64,000 nucleotides of DNA from Candidatus Omnitrophota bacterium (GTDB taxonomy: Bacteria; Omnitrophota; Omnitrophia; Omnitrophales; Aquincolibacteriaceae), in contig JBAYVF010000002.1 in assembly GCA_041674705.1 (NCBI GenBank), positions 14,330 to 78,329 on the forward strand, read 5' to 3'. The notes beneath the pieces are model-generated. The model ran no database searches. It was not told the DNA's origin and worked only from the letters and a program-made list of their open reading frames with translations. The position numbers were made by a program, and so were the translations under genes. Shown one piece after another: positions 1 through 8,710 of the stretch (the stretch's first letter is position 1; the number at the start of each line of letters is the position of its first letter).

Positions 1-414
1 GGCGATGTGCAGGGGAAAGACCTCATCGCTATGATTGGCAAAGGGGATAAGCTTCGGGAGATCCCCTTATCTAAGGCCATCCAGTTGGAAATCGAACGGT
101 TTCTTGCTTGGAAGAAGCGGAAAGGCGAGGATATGTCGATTGAAGCGCCCTTATTTGTTTCCCGCAAGGGCGGCAGGCTTAGCAGAAGGGCCGTCCAGTG
201 GGATCTTAATCTGTGGGTGAAACGATCAGCACTTGAAGGAAAGTATTCGCCCCATGCTCTCAGGCACACCGTGGGTTTCGAACTCATGCGTAAAACCCGC
301 AACATCCGCCAGGTCCAGGAATTCCTCGGCCACAGCTCAATCATGACCACCCAAATCTACACCCACGTCACCAAAGAAGAACTTCGCCACGGCGCGGAGC
401 TTTTAGATATATGA
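1..414 (+). CDS. tyrosine recombinase / phage-type integrase, C-terminal catalytic part (5' end upstream of window)
   Basis: Frame is open from nt 1 (GDVQGKDLIAMIGKGDKLREIPL). Catalytic-domain signature HALRHTVGFEL ... LGHSSIMTTQIYTHV (H-x-x-R ... H ... Y nucleophile). Confidence 0.85.
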   Translation, partial: GDVQGKDLIAMIGKGDKLREIPLSKAIQLEIERFLAWKKRKGEDMSIEAPLFVSRKGGRLSRRAVQWDLNLWVKRSALEGKYSPHALRHTVGFELMRKTRNIRQVQEFLGHSSIMTTQIYTHVTKEELRHGAELLDI

Positions 415-460
415 ATAGGGGAAGCTCAAATTTTCCTTCCAATAGAAGCGGAGCTATGGC

Positions 461-1594
461 ATGATGTTGACTAAATTAGTCAACAAAAGGAGCTTTTACT
501 TGTCGATTTCAACCTTACTGAAAAAAGCACGAAACGATCGTGGGCTGAGCATGAGGGAGTTGGCAAATAAATTAAAGCTGGATGCTGCTCATCTGTGCCG
601 GATCGAAAATGGTACAGTTTCTCCCTCGGAACGATTGCTTGAAAAAATAGCTAAGTTCTTGAAGGTTGATCTCAATGATCTTCAAGTCTCGGCTGGGCGA
701 CTTCCCAAAGACATCTATGAGATTTTTTCTGAACATCCTAAAGAAGCCGCCTTGACGCTCAGAGAGAAGTTCGAGGTCTATAATTACGAGAGAACTGATC
801 AGGTGGAGACAAATAAGCCGAAGTATTTTGAACCCGTGTTTGAGACATCTTTGGGAAAGCTCTATCAATGTGATTGCCTCGATTTCCTTCCCACTCTAGC
901 TAACGAATCCATGGATTGTATTTTTGCTGATCCTCCTTTTAATTTGAATAAAAACTATGGTCCCAAAAGTAATGACAACTTGGCGGAAGAAAGGTATATA
1001 AATTGGTCGTACCAATGGCTAGAAGAATGCGTTCGCTTATTGAAGCCCGGTGGTAGCATGTTTGTTTACAATATACCCAAGTGGAATATTTATTACGCTT
1101 CATTTCTAACCCAAAGGTTAACATTCCGACATTGGATTGCTGTGAATATAAAACTCAGCCTTCCCATTCAGGGTCGTTTATACCCATCCCACTACAGCCT
1201 TCTTTATTTCACAAAAGGGAAACCTAAAACTTTCAACACACTCAGAGTGCCTATTCCGGCTTGTAGGCATTGCGGGGGAGATATCAAAGATTATGGAGGC
1301 CATAGGAAGTATTTAAATCCGGCAGGTCTCAATATCACTGATGTATGGGAAGATATCCCCCCAGTGCGACATAAAAAATATAAAACGCGGGCGGCAAACG
1401 AGCTCTCAGTGAAATTGTTAGATCGGGCGCTAAGGATCTCCACCCAAGAAGGCGATACAGTTCTTGACCCGTTTGGCGGCGGGGGAACGACTTACTATGT
1501 GGCGGAAAAGCTGAAGCGTAACTGGATTGGTTGCGAGATTGAAGATTGCTCTCACATTATTAGAAGATTTAAGCAGGAACTTGTTATCGCGTAA
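461..1594 (+). CDS. XRE-type HTH fused to a beta-class DNA amino-methyltransferase (N4-C or N6-A), partner of the adjacent BamHI-like endonuclease
   Basis: N-terminal HTH (LSMRELANKLKLDAAHLCRIENGTVSPS). Motif IV IFADPPFN lies before motif I LDPFGGGGTT, which is the beta-class order. Tail-to-tail with the REase gene with 0 nt between the stop codons. Confidence 0.85.
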   Translation: MMLTKLVNKRSFYLSISTLLKKARNDRGLSMRELANKLKLDAAHLCRIENGTVSPSERLLEKIAKFLKVDLNDLQVSAGRLPKDIYEIFSEHPKEAALTLREKFEVYNYERTDQVETNKPKYFEPVFETSLGKLYQCDCLDFLPTLANESMDCIFADPPFNLNKNYGPKSNDNLAEERYINWSYQWLEECVRLLKPGGSMFVYNIPKWNIYYASFLTQRLTFRHWIAVNIKLSLPIQGRLYPSHYSLLYFTKGKPKTFNTLRVPIPACRHCGGDIKDYGGHRKYLNPAGLNITDVWEDIPPVRHKKYKTRAANELSVKLLDRALRISTQEGDTVLDPFGGGGTTYYVAEKLKRNWIGCEIEDCSHIIRRFKQELVIA

Positions 1595-2203
1595 TTAGTT
1601 TAAAGCCCGTCCGTCGGTTCCCTTAGGGATTCTTTTAACTTTCTTGCTTACCCCGTCGTGTTCAATTTCAATGATGGCAAGATAGCCCTCTTTAACATTC
1701 AATGATTTCCAAAGGGGGAGATAGGGCTCGATTTCTTGGAAATTGCCGATCCTATCCGTCAGATAATGATACATTTTTCGCGACGGAAGCACCAAAACTC
1801 CGCCGATAAGAGTTCCCTTTAAAATTCCCAAGGCCATTTTATTCAGAGAGCGATGGCTTGATGAAATATTCCCAGTTTCCCATTCAAAACAAAATGATTT
1901 GTCCCGTACCGGGTATGTGGCATCTATAGGTCCTGGTCGACTCTCAGACGAGACCTTTTGGCGGGTTTCAAGATCCCATCCTCTGTCCTTCAGATATTTC
2001 ATGCAAAGCAGTTTAATGGGTTTGACGCCGTTTCCTTCGCCCCGCTTCTTTCCACACTGATCATGAAGAATGAATTTTTCTGATCCTTTAGGGTGTTCAA
2101 TCCGAAAAATGGACTCCTGAATGTCCTTTAAAATTTGTTTTAAGGACGCAGATTTTTTAAATCGTCCTTCACTTAGCAAAATGGTTGTTTGCAAAATTTT
2201 CAT
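1595..2203 (-). CDS. type II restriction endonuclease, BamHI family
   Basis: Aligns by eye with my recollection of R.BamHI: GNGVKPIKLLC, GPID, FEWETGNISSSHRSLNK (BamHI EFETGNISSAHRSMNK, containing the catalytic E-x-E), YLTDRIGNFQEIEPY, IPKGTDG. Needs a real alignment to confirm. Confidence 0.8.
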   Translation of the reverse strand: MKILQTTILLSEGRFKKSASLKQILKDIQESIFRIEHPKGSEKFILHDQCGKKRGEGNGVKPIKLLCMKYLKDRGWDLETRQKVSSESRPGPIDATYPVRDKSFCFEWETGNISSSHRSLNKMALGILKGTLIGGVLVLPSRKMYHYLTDRIGNFQEIEPYLPLWKSLNVKEGYLAIIEIEHDGVSKKVKRIPKGTDGRALN

Positions 2204-2228
2204 TTATTCATCCTTTCTAATTTGTGGG

Positions 2229-2234
2229 TATAAT
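2229..2234 (+). promoter_or_regulatory. candidate -10 box (TATAAT) for the GHKL operon inside the 82-bp region shared divergently with the REase gene
   Basis: tttgtgggTATAATat lies 52 nt upstream of the ATG at 2286. No convincing -35. Confidence 0.3.
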
Positions 2235-2285
2235 ATATCACCTATGCAGGCAGCGTCTGAAAATAATAATTTTGAGGGCTAATCG

Positions 2286-3632
2286 ATGATCACAGAAAAC
2301 GAGTCGGGAAAAAATCAAATAAATGCAGCTCCCAGCAAGAATTTTTTTATAAAAATGTTAACGCGGGATATAGGGCTTGTTGATTGCATTCTGGATCTAG
2401 TCGACAATTCGGTGGATAGCTTTATTCGAAATAACAATTTAGATGTAACGCAGCCGCTGCTTGGTGATCGAATGCGGCATGCTGCTGCTAAGAATAAAGC
2501 CTACATAAACATAAACTTCACAGGCAATAGGTTTAGCATTGAGGATAATTGCGGCGGAATTTCAATAGATGATGCCAAGAACTACGTTTTTCGCTTCGGG
2601 TATCATCACGAGGAGAAAAGAACTACAGGCCTTGGAGTTTACGGGATAGGTATGAAGCGAGCTTTTTTCAAAATGGGGAATAAAATAGACTTCATCTCAA
2701 TAACAAAAAACGAAGAATTTTCGGTTGAAATCGACGTCGAGAAATGGAAACAAGAAGAAAACAATTGGCACTTCAAATTTTCCGATGCTAAACCTTACCC
2801 AAAACCCATTGGCACAAAAAATACGGGGACAGTAATCGAAATATCCGAGCTGCATGAAGAAATAGCTGGTAGATTAAAACTAAAAGTTGTCCAAAATGAA
2901 ATCTCTGAAAAAATAGCAAACACATACGCGTTATTCATAGATCACGGCGTAGAGATTAAAGTCAATGGGGTTGCCCTCGCGTCAAAGCTTCCAAAATTAG
3001 GTATTAGTTCCAATGTTACTTCGGCACGAAAACAGTTCGTTAAAAACGGTGTGGATGTTTTGATCATTATTGGCGTAACCCCACCATCGAACAAGACTCC
3101 AGGCGGGTGGTATATTTTTTGTAATGGCCGAATGGTAGTGGAAGCTGACAAAACACCATTAACTGGATGGGGGCGAGATTTGCCCCAGTTTCACACTAAA
3201 TTCAACCACTTTGTTGGCTATCTTTATTTTCATTCTCCCGATGTTTTTAAATTACCTTGGAGAACCACAAAAAATGGGGTCGAGGCAGAGTCCGAGATTT
3301 ATTTAACAGCATTGAATGAAATGACCTTGCTTGCCAAGCCCGTAACAGATCTTTTTACAAAAATATATGCACCCGATGAGGATCGCGCTGAAAGCAAAGC
3401 CTTGTTCCGAAACCTTCGTGAAAAATCCACGCAACAAATACCAATAAAAACGACTCTCTTCCGAGTAAATGATTCGAAATTAAAAGAAAGCCAAGAAGTT
3501 AATATTACCTATAGGCGTAACGTGGAAGAGGTGGAAAGAATTCGAAGGAAATTAGCTAAGCCGCGTATGCCTGCTACAAAAGTAGGTCAGTATACTTTTG
3601 ATTATTTTATAAAAAATCATTGCGAACAATAA
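2286..3632 (+). CDS. GHKL-superfamily ATPase (HATPase_c_3 / MORC-paraMORC-like)
   Basis: Bergerat-fold motifs: N-box ILDLVDNSVDS, G1 box EDNCGGIS, G2 box GLGVYGIGMKRAFF. The ~250-aa C-terminal region has no motif I recognise. Confidence 0.8.
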   Translation: MITENESGKNQINAAPSKNFFIKMLTRDIGLVDCILDLVDNSVDSFIRNNNLDVTQPLLGDRMRHAAAKNKAYININFTGNRFSIEDNCGGISIDDAKNYVFRFGYHHEEKRTTGLGVYGIGMKRAFFKMGNKIDFISITKNEEFSVEIDVEKWKQEENNWHFKFSDAKPYPKPIGTKNTGTVIEISELHEEIAGRLKLKVVQNEISEKIANTYALFIDHGVEIKVNGVALASKLPKLGISSNVTSARKQFVKNGVDVLIIIGVTPPSNKTPGGWYIFCNGRMVVEADKTPLTGWGRDLPQFHTKFNHFVGYLYFHSPDVFKLPWRTTKNGVEAESEIYLTALNEMTLLAKPVTDLFTKIYAPDEDRAESKALFRNLREKSTQQIPIKTTLFRVNDSKLKESQEVNITYRRNVEEVERIRRKLAKPRMPATKVGQYTFDYFIKNHCEQ

Positions 3633-4594
3633 TGTTAAGCTTCGAAAAGTTTAATTATTGGTACCGACCTGCAAAGCAAATCGAACGAAGATTGATTATC
3701 GATGCATTGTTGCGGCTGTCAGAATGCGGTGATTACCCCATTTCTGCTTACACCTACTTTGGATTCGGTTCAATTTATTACGTTGATTTTGTTATGTTCC
3801 ATAAATATCTTTCGATTAAAAAAATGATCTGTTGTGAAAGCGAAAATATTCCGAAGAGAATGAAATTCAATAAACCTTATCGGTTTATTTCTCTTAAAAT
3901 GAATAAAGCTTCCGACGTCATCCCTTATCTTGCATTTTCTAGCAAGTACTTCGTATGGTTAGACTATGAAAAAACATTAGATAAAGAAGTCCTGGAGGAT
4001 GTGTCGCAGCTTTGCCGATCCTTACGGCCTGGAAGTATCTTGCTAATCACAATGGATGCGGATGAAGATAGATCTCCGGAAGAAATTGAAGACGAACTTT
4101 TGTCTCAGTCTGAAAGACGAAAACAAAAACTCGAATATTACCAAGCGAATTTTCAACGTTTTACAAAGACTCCAATCATAAATCAAAGTTTGGACGAACC
4201 TAGACTTCCGAAATTTTTTTCTGAGGTGGTCTATAGCAGAATTGAAGAGGTTCTTGCAGGGAGAGGCGGCGTCAATTTCTTCCCGCTGTTTAACTTTTTA
4301 TATGCGGACAATGCTCAAATGTTGACGCTAGGCGGCATAATTGATGGGGATGAGGGGGCTGCTAGGCTGCAAACATCGGGGATTTATGGTCATGATTTTA
4401 TACGCCGACGTTATCAATCTTTAAAGATTACAGCACCTCCATTAACACTACGAGAAAGATATTGGCTGGATAAAAAAATTGGGCACCAATTGAGAAATAA
4501 TCGTTTACCCTTCGAGTTAAGAAGGCGTGGATCTCTGAAAAGTTATGCCAAGTTTTATAAACATTACCCCATATTCTCAGAAATTCTCGTGTGA
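3632..4594 (+). CDS. hypothetical protein translationally coupled to the GHKL ATPase (function unknown)
   Basis: ATG 3632-3634 overlaps the upstream TAA (3630-3632). The track's alternative TTG start is at 3620. Motif-like strings FGFGSIYYVDF, VWLDYEKT, ILLITMDADED, with no family assignment possible by eye. Confidence 0.6.
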   Translation: MLSFEKFNYWYRPAKQIERRLIIDALLRLSECGDYPISAYTYFGFGSIYYVDFVMFHKYLSIKKMICCESENIPKRMKFNKPYRFISLKMNKASDVIPYLAFSSKYFVWLDYEKTLDKEVLEDVSQLCRSLRPGSILLITMDADEDRSPEEIEDELLSQSERRKQKLEYYQANFQRFTKTPIINQSLDEPRLPKFFSEVVYSRIEEVLAGRGGVNFFPLFNFLYADNAQMLTLGGIIDGDEGAARLQTSGIYGHDFIRRRYQSLKITAPPLTLRERYWLDKKIGHQLRNNRLPFELRRRGSLKSYAKFYKHYPIFSEILV

Positions 4595-4627
4595 GCAATT
4601 CTAATGTCGTTTTTTGTATGATTTATG

Positions 4628-4849
4628 TCATGACCTCCGAAGCAGATCCGAGCAGGTTAACCTGAAAGCCCGCGCGATTTTAGCCATGATGTCGGTCGTA
4701 ACATCCGGTGGCTCTTTCCCCTCGATTCTTTGAAGATATCTTTCTGAAATTCCTGCGCATTTTGCCAGCCTCTCCTGAGTCCAGCCATGTTTCTTCCGTA
4801 ACCTTCTGATTTGCCGCCCAAATGTGACGCGTATGCTCTTTTTACGCAT
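4628..4849 (-). CDS. XRE-family helix-turn-helix regulator
   Basis: RRLRKKHGWTQERLAKCAGISERYLQRIEGK HTH pattern. Start chosen at MRKKSIRV rather than the longer track ORF. Confidence 0.8.
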   Translation of the reverse strand: MRKKSIRVTFGRQIRRLRKKHGWTQERLAKCAGISERYLQRIEGKEPPDVTTDIMAKIARAFRLTCSDLLRRS

Positions 4850-4924
4850 AGAAACCTCCTGGTTGGGGCGTATAGAGCCATACGTGTCGGGTATTATCAA
4901 GAGAATAGAAGAGAAAAAATCAGC

Positions 4925-5164
4925 TTAAAACTTGAGTAGTTTCCAGGAGAGGAGATTTAAAGCTTTTGCGATTTTTCCGATGGTGTCGATTTTGACGGCA
5001 TTCGGCTTCTGCGATTCAAGACGCTGATAATAACGGATATCCATTCCTACCCGCTCAGCCATCGCTTCTTGCGTCAGATCCAATTTCTTCCGAATTTTCC
5101 GCAGCTGTGCTGCAAATTGAAGTCGTATTTTAGGTGTCGACATGGAGGTATTTTCCGGCAACAC
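4925..5164 (-). CDS. XRE-family helix-turn-helix regulator
   Basis: LRKIRKKLDLTQEAMAERVGMDIRYYQRLESQK HTH pattern. In tandem with the previous regulator. Confidence 0.8.
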   Translation of the reverse strand: MLPENTSMSTPKIRLQFAAQLRKIRKKLDLTQEAMAERVGMDIRYYQRLESQKPNAVKIDTIGKIAKALNLLSWKLLKF

Positions 5165-5254
5165 GGCCTATGTAGCCACGGTACTACGTTACCGTAATAT
5201 CGCTTGATGATAGGCCTCTATCAAGGTAATATCCCGAGTCAAAGGAGATTGGCT

Positions 5255-5599
5255 ATGAGAATGATAAGAATTTCTACCGCATTACTCATGATTTTTGTAA
5301 TTGCTGGATGTGCCAGTGTGAGCCGACAGAAAATAAGGGAGGGCTATGTCCAGTGTCACCCCAATCTGAATGCTAAGACGCGAGAAATGATTTTGACTGG
5401 GAATATTGCTCGAGGGATGACGAAAGCAGAAGTTGAGGCGAGTTGGGGAGCTACTTATCAAAAAGACTCGTATTCGAACTTTTTGGGGCAAGTCGAGATA
5501 TGGACCTATGGAGATTGCCTCTATTCCTGTGATGTTTTGGCGTTTGATTCGAATGATAAGCTTTCGAACATCAGTTCGCAAAAGCACAACTATTATTAA
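5255..5599 (+). CDS. lipoprotein, BamE/SmpA-OmlA-like
   Basis: AAGGAG Shine-Dalgarno before ATG 5255. Signal peptide with lipobox IAGC. The GMTKAEVEASWG motif is typical of the SmpA/OmlA fold. Confidence 0.6.
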   Translation: MRMIRISTALLMIFVIAGCASVSRQKIREGYVQCHPNLNAKTREMILTGNIARGMTKAEVEASWGATYQKDSYSNFLGQVEIWTYGDCLYSCDVLAFDSNDKLSNISSQKHNYY

Positions 5600-5623
5600 C
5601 TAAAGCGATTGGGGGGTGAGCCT

Positions 5624-5959
5624 ATGACAAATGGTCTTAAACAATGCCCGTTTTGTGCAGAGGATATCAAGGTTGAAGCTATCAAGTGCAAGCACTGCGG
5701 CTCGGATTTAGGAACGACTAAGTTTGATAAAGTTATGCCCTACGGAAAATCAGCTCAAGAGGTCGCCTCAGGAATCAAGAAAGCAGAGTGGGACAAAGGA
5801 ATGTTGCAAGGCTCCATTTTTTGGGGGCTGTCCGTATCTGTTTTTGTTGGTTGGCTTATTGGTAGTAATCCCGGATATGAATCGCTTGGCTGGTTCGTGG
5901 GGGCATTAATCTCGATGGTTTGGAGTTGGAAGGCCACGACTAATTACTATAAGAAATAA
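5624..5959 (+). CDS. zinc-ribbon membrane protein
   Basis: CPFC-x12-CKHC zinc ribbon followed by two hydrophobic segments. Confidence 0.6.
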   Translation: MTNGLKQCPFCAEDIKVEAIKCKHCGSDLGTTKFDKVMPYGKSAQEVASGIKKAEWDKGMLQGSIFWGLSVSVFVGWLIGSNPGYESLGWFVGALISMVWSWKATTNYYKK

Positions 5960-6012
5960 ATTCATAACTCTCTCTGTTGGATATTATAATATTGCCAAAA
6001 CTGGGAGAGATT

Positions 6013-6627
6013 ATGGCAGCTGAAAAGAAAAATGCTTTTTGGGGTCGATGGAGAAAGACAAAAACTTTTAAGCGTCTACGAACTCTTGAAAGAGAAATTC
6101 AAAAGAACCCTCAATTCAAACAAGAGCTGAAAGTCCTTAGAAGTAAATTCCCACCTCAGCTTGATCCGAAACTTAAAAAGTGGCCCCAAAGGGGGCTCTC
6201 TTATTCTGTGGAATGGGAGAAATTCTGTGCTAAGTGGAAAATAGATCAAGACGCTTTTTTGTTTCAGAACTATAAAGTTAAAGCCAATCCGCCAGTTACG
6301 ATCAAGGGAAGTCTCCTGCCCGAAGGAAAAACAAAATTGCGCATAGAAATTGACGAATCGAAATCTCCACTCACTTTTACCGGGCAAGAATATCGAGATT
6401 TCGAGCCATTGTTTTTGCAGGCGAAAGCCGAATTGATTGGTAAAGCAAAGTCGCGGGCAGGGCGGCCGAATAATGAAAAACGAGATATTAGTATAAAGAG
6501 GGGATTCAAATCTTTGAAGAAAAAGATCGGATTTTATCCAGCGGCGGCTAAATTAGCTCAACAAAAACATGATGGAGTTATTTTAAGTCCAGGAAGAATT
6601 AAGAATATAGCTTCTCAAAAACATTAA
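6013..6627 (+). CDS. hypothetical Lys-rich protein
   Basis: GGGAGAG RBS before ATG 6013. No recognisable motif. Confidence 0.45.
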   Translation: MAAEKKNAFWGRWRKTKTFKRLRTLEREIQKNPQFKQELKVLRSKFPPQLDPKLKKWPQRGLSYSVEWEKFCAKWKIDQDAFLFQNYKVKANPPVTIKGSLLPEGKTKLRIEIDESKSPLTFTGQEYRDFEPLFLQAKAELIGKAKSRAGRPNNEKRDISIKRGFKSLKKKIGFYPAAAKLAQQKHDGVILSPGRIKNIASQKH

Positions 6628-6753
6628 TTACCTTTATTCCAAGTCTGCAAGTCTCTCTCCGGATATTGTCACAACATTCAATAGCATCGATTTCCATAAT
6701 TTTTTCTAGGCCCTCAGTCTGCTCTAATGGAGCAAACTAACGGAGGGTATGAC

Positions 6754-8016
6754 ATGGAAATTAAATCAATCTCCATAACACAAATCAATCCAGCCCCGTA
6801 TAACCCGCGTGTGGACCTAAAGCCGGGTGATCCAGAATATGAGAAGTTAAAGCGAAGTATCGAAACCTTCGGCTATGTCGAACCCTTGGTCTGGAATGAG
6901 CGGACCGGCACGCTTGTGTCAGGGCACCAGCGGCTGAAGATCCTGAGGGAACAGGGCATCAAAACGGTCAAAGTGAGTGTTGTGGATCTGACAGTCGAGA
7001 GGGAGAAGGCTCTTAATATCGCTCTGAACAAGATCGAAGGCCGCTGGGAGGAGGATCTTTTATTGAACCTCCTTCAGGAACTAGAAGCGGTCCCTGATTT
7101 TGATGTGTCTTTCACAGGATTTGATCCGCCCGAGATCAGCAGCCTCATGGATGCATGTGCAGATACGCCGGAGGATGATTTCGATTTTGAAGCCGAACTG
7201 GGGAAGATCAAAAAGCCCGTTACCCGGAAAGGGGACCTAATTGAGCTAGTCGGGCATCGGATACTTTGCGGGGACTCTTCCTCCGAAGAGGCCCTAAAGA
7301 AGCTTGTTGGAACCAAAACGATCGAGCTAGTCCACACTGATCCTCCTTACAACGTCGATTATTACGGCGGGAATCGTCCCAAGAATTCAGTACGGGCGAA
7401 GCGGTCACAACACTGGGAACGGATCTGTTCGGACAATATGAGCCAGGCGGATTATGAGGCATGGCTGTCCAAGATCCTTCAGAACATGTCCAGTGTGCTT
7501 TCGAAAGGAGCGGCTGTATACATTTGGAACGGATATCGGCAGTTCGGGCCTATGCACCGCATGCTCGAATCGATCGGATTTCACGTGGCTTGCGTAATCA
7601 CGTGGGCGAAGCCGAATTTTGCGATTTCGTTCGCGGACTATAACCAGCAGACGGAATTCTGCCTTTACGGCTGGAAGCAGGAGAATGGGAAGCACCGCTG
7701 GTACGGCCCCACGAATGAGACGACGCTTTGGGAGGTCAAACGCGATCCCACGAAGGAGTACATCCATCCGACGCAAAAGCCCGTGGCTTTGGCTGCCCGC
7801 GCTATCAAGAACAGCTCCAAACGGGAGGACCATGTGTTGGACCTTTTCCTCGGGTCGGGTTCGACGCTCATTGCTGCAGAATCCTTAGGCCGCAGGTGTT
7901 TCGGGATCGAACTGGACCCCAAATACATCGATGCGATCGTCCGGCGCTACATTGCTTTTGCCGGAGAAAGCAAAGTCTCCAAAGACGTGTTGAAGCGTTA
8001 TCGGGAGGCGCGATGA
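6754..8016 (+). CDS. ParB-like nuclease domain fused to DNA methyltransferase (phage type)
   Basis: N-terminal ParB-N motifs (INPAPYNPR, GHQRLKIL). MTase motif IV HTDPPYN, HPTQKP and motif I LDLFLGSGST. Confidence 0.9.
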   Translation: MEIKSISITQINPAPYNPRVDLKPGDPEYEKLKRSIETFGYVEPLVWNERTGTLVSGHQRLKILREQGIKTVKVSVVDLTVEREKALNIALNKIEGRWEEDLLLNLLQELEAVPDFDVSFTGFDPPEISSLMDACADTPEDDFDFEAELGKIKKPVTRKGDLIELVGHRILCGDSSSEEALKKLVGTKTIELVHTDPPYNVDYYGGNRPKNSVRAKRSQHWERICSDNMSQADYEAWLSKILQNMSSVLSKGAAVYIWNGYRQFGPMHRMLESIGFHVACVITWAKPNFAISFADYNQQTEFCLYGWKQENGKHRWYGPTNETTLWEVKRDPTKEYIHPTQKPVALAARAIKNSSKREDHVLDLFLGSGSTLIAAESLGRRCFGIELDPKYIDAIVRRYIAFAGESKVSKDVLKRYREAR

Positions 8017-8017
8017 C

Positions 8018-8710
8018 ATGAAAAGACCATCTTCCAAAGAACCTGATGATATCCCGATTCTTACGATCATCCAGAAGATCAAGGATAAGCAGCTTGATCC
8101 CAAACTTCTTTCAATGGAGGAATGCGTTCAGTGCGCTGAAGCGCTTATGCTCGAAGGGTATTCCGAAGCGCAGATTGCCCAGGTTTTGTCATGCAGCCAA
8201 AGAAGCGTCAAGCGGTATCTCGAAAGAATACGTGAAAAGAATTCACTCAAGCCCGATGTCGGTTTGGCTTTGAAATTGATCGGAGCGATGAGTACGAGTG
8301 CAGAGATCCATCGTGCCTATCTGATGCGGCTTGCGAGACGAACCGATGGATCAATCTCAGAAAAGTTGCAGGCGGAATTCATGGCCTGGACTGTCATCAA
8401 ACAAAAGACTGAACTTCTGCAGTCTCTTGGCTATCTCCCGATGCAGGCTAAGCAGGTGATCGGAGACTTTTTTCATCACGCTGAGGGGGAGCAGTTATCT
8501 GCGGAAGAGCTGCGAAAGAAGATCGAATTGACCGAGATCGTGGCTCTTCAGTGCGGTGAGATTCCAGCAGAACTTAAGGAGAAGCTGGCCGAGCTCAAAG
8601 GTGACGCGGAAAAGCTGCGCCTCCAGCAAGGATTAAAAGCAGTACAAGACGAAATGAAGAAAAGAGAAGACCATGAACCAGACGCCACAGGGACAGTTAA
8701 GCCAGATTAA
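8018..8710 (+). CDS. putative terminase small subunit / HTH DNA-binding protein
   Basis: HTH (YSEAQIAQVLSCSQRSVKRYLERI). Lies immediately upstream of the large terminase gene and overlaps it. Assignment rests on position only. Confidence 0.45.
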   Translation: MKRPSSKEPDDIPILTIIQKIKDKQLDPKLLSMEECVQCAEALMLEGYSEAQIAQVLSCSQRSVKRYLERIREKNSLKPDVGLALKLIGAMSTSAEIHRAYLMRLARRTDGSISEKLQAEFMAWTVIKQKTELLQSLGYLPMQAKQVIGDFFHHAEGEQLSAEELRKKIELTEIVALQCGEIPAELKEKLAELKGDAEKLRLQQGLKAVQDEMKKREDHEPDATGTVKPD

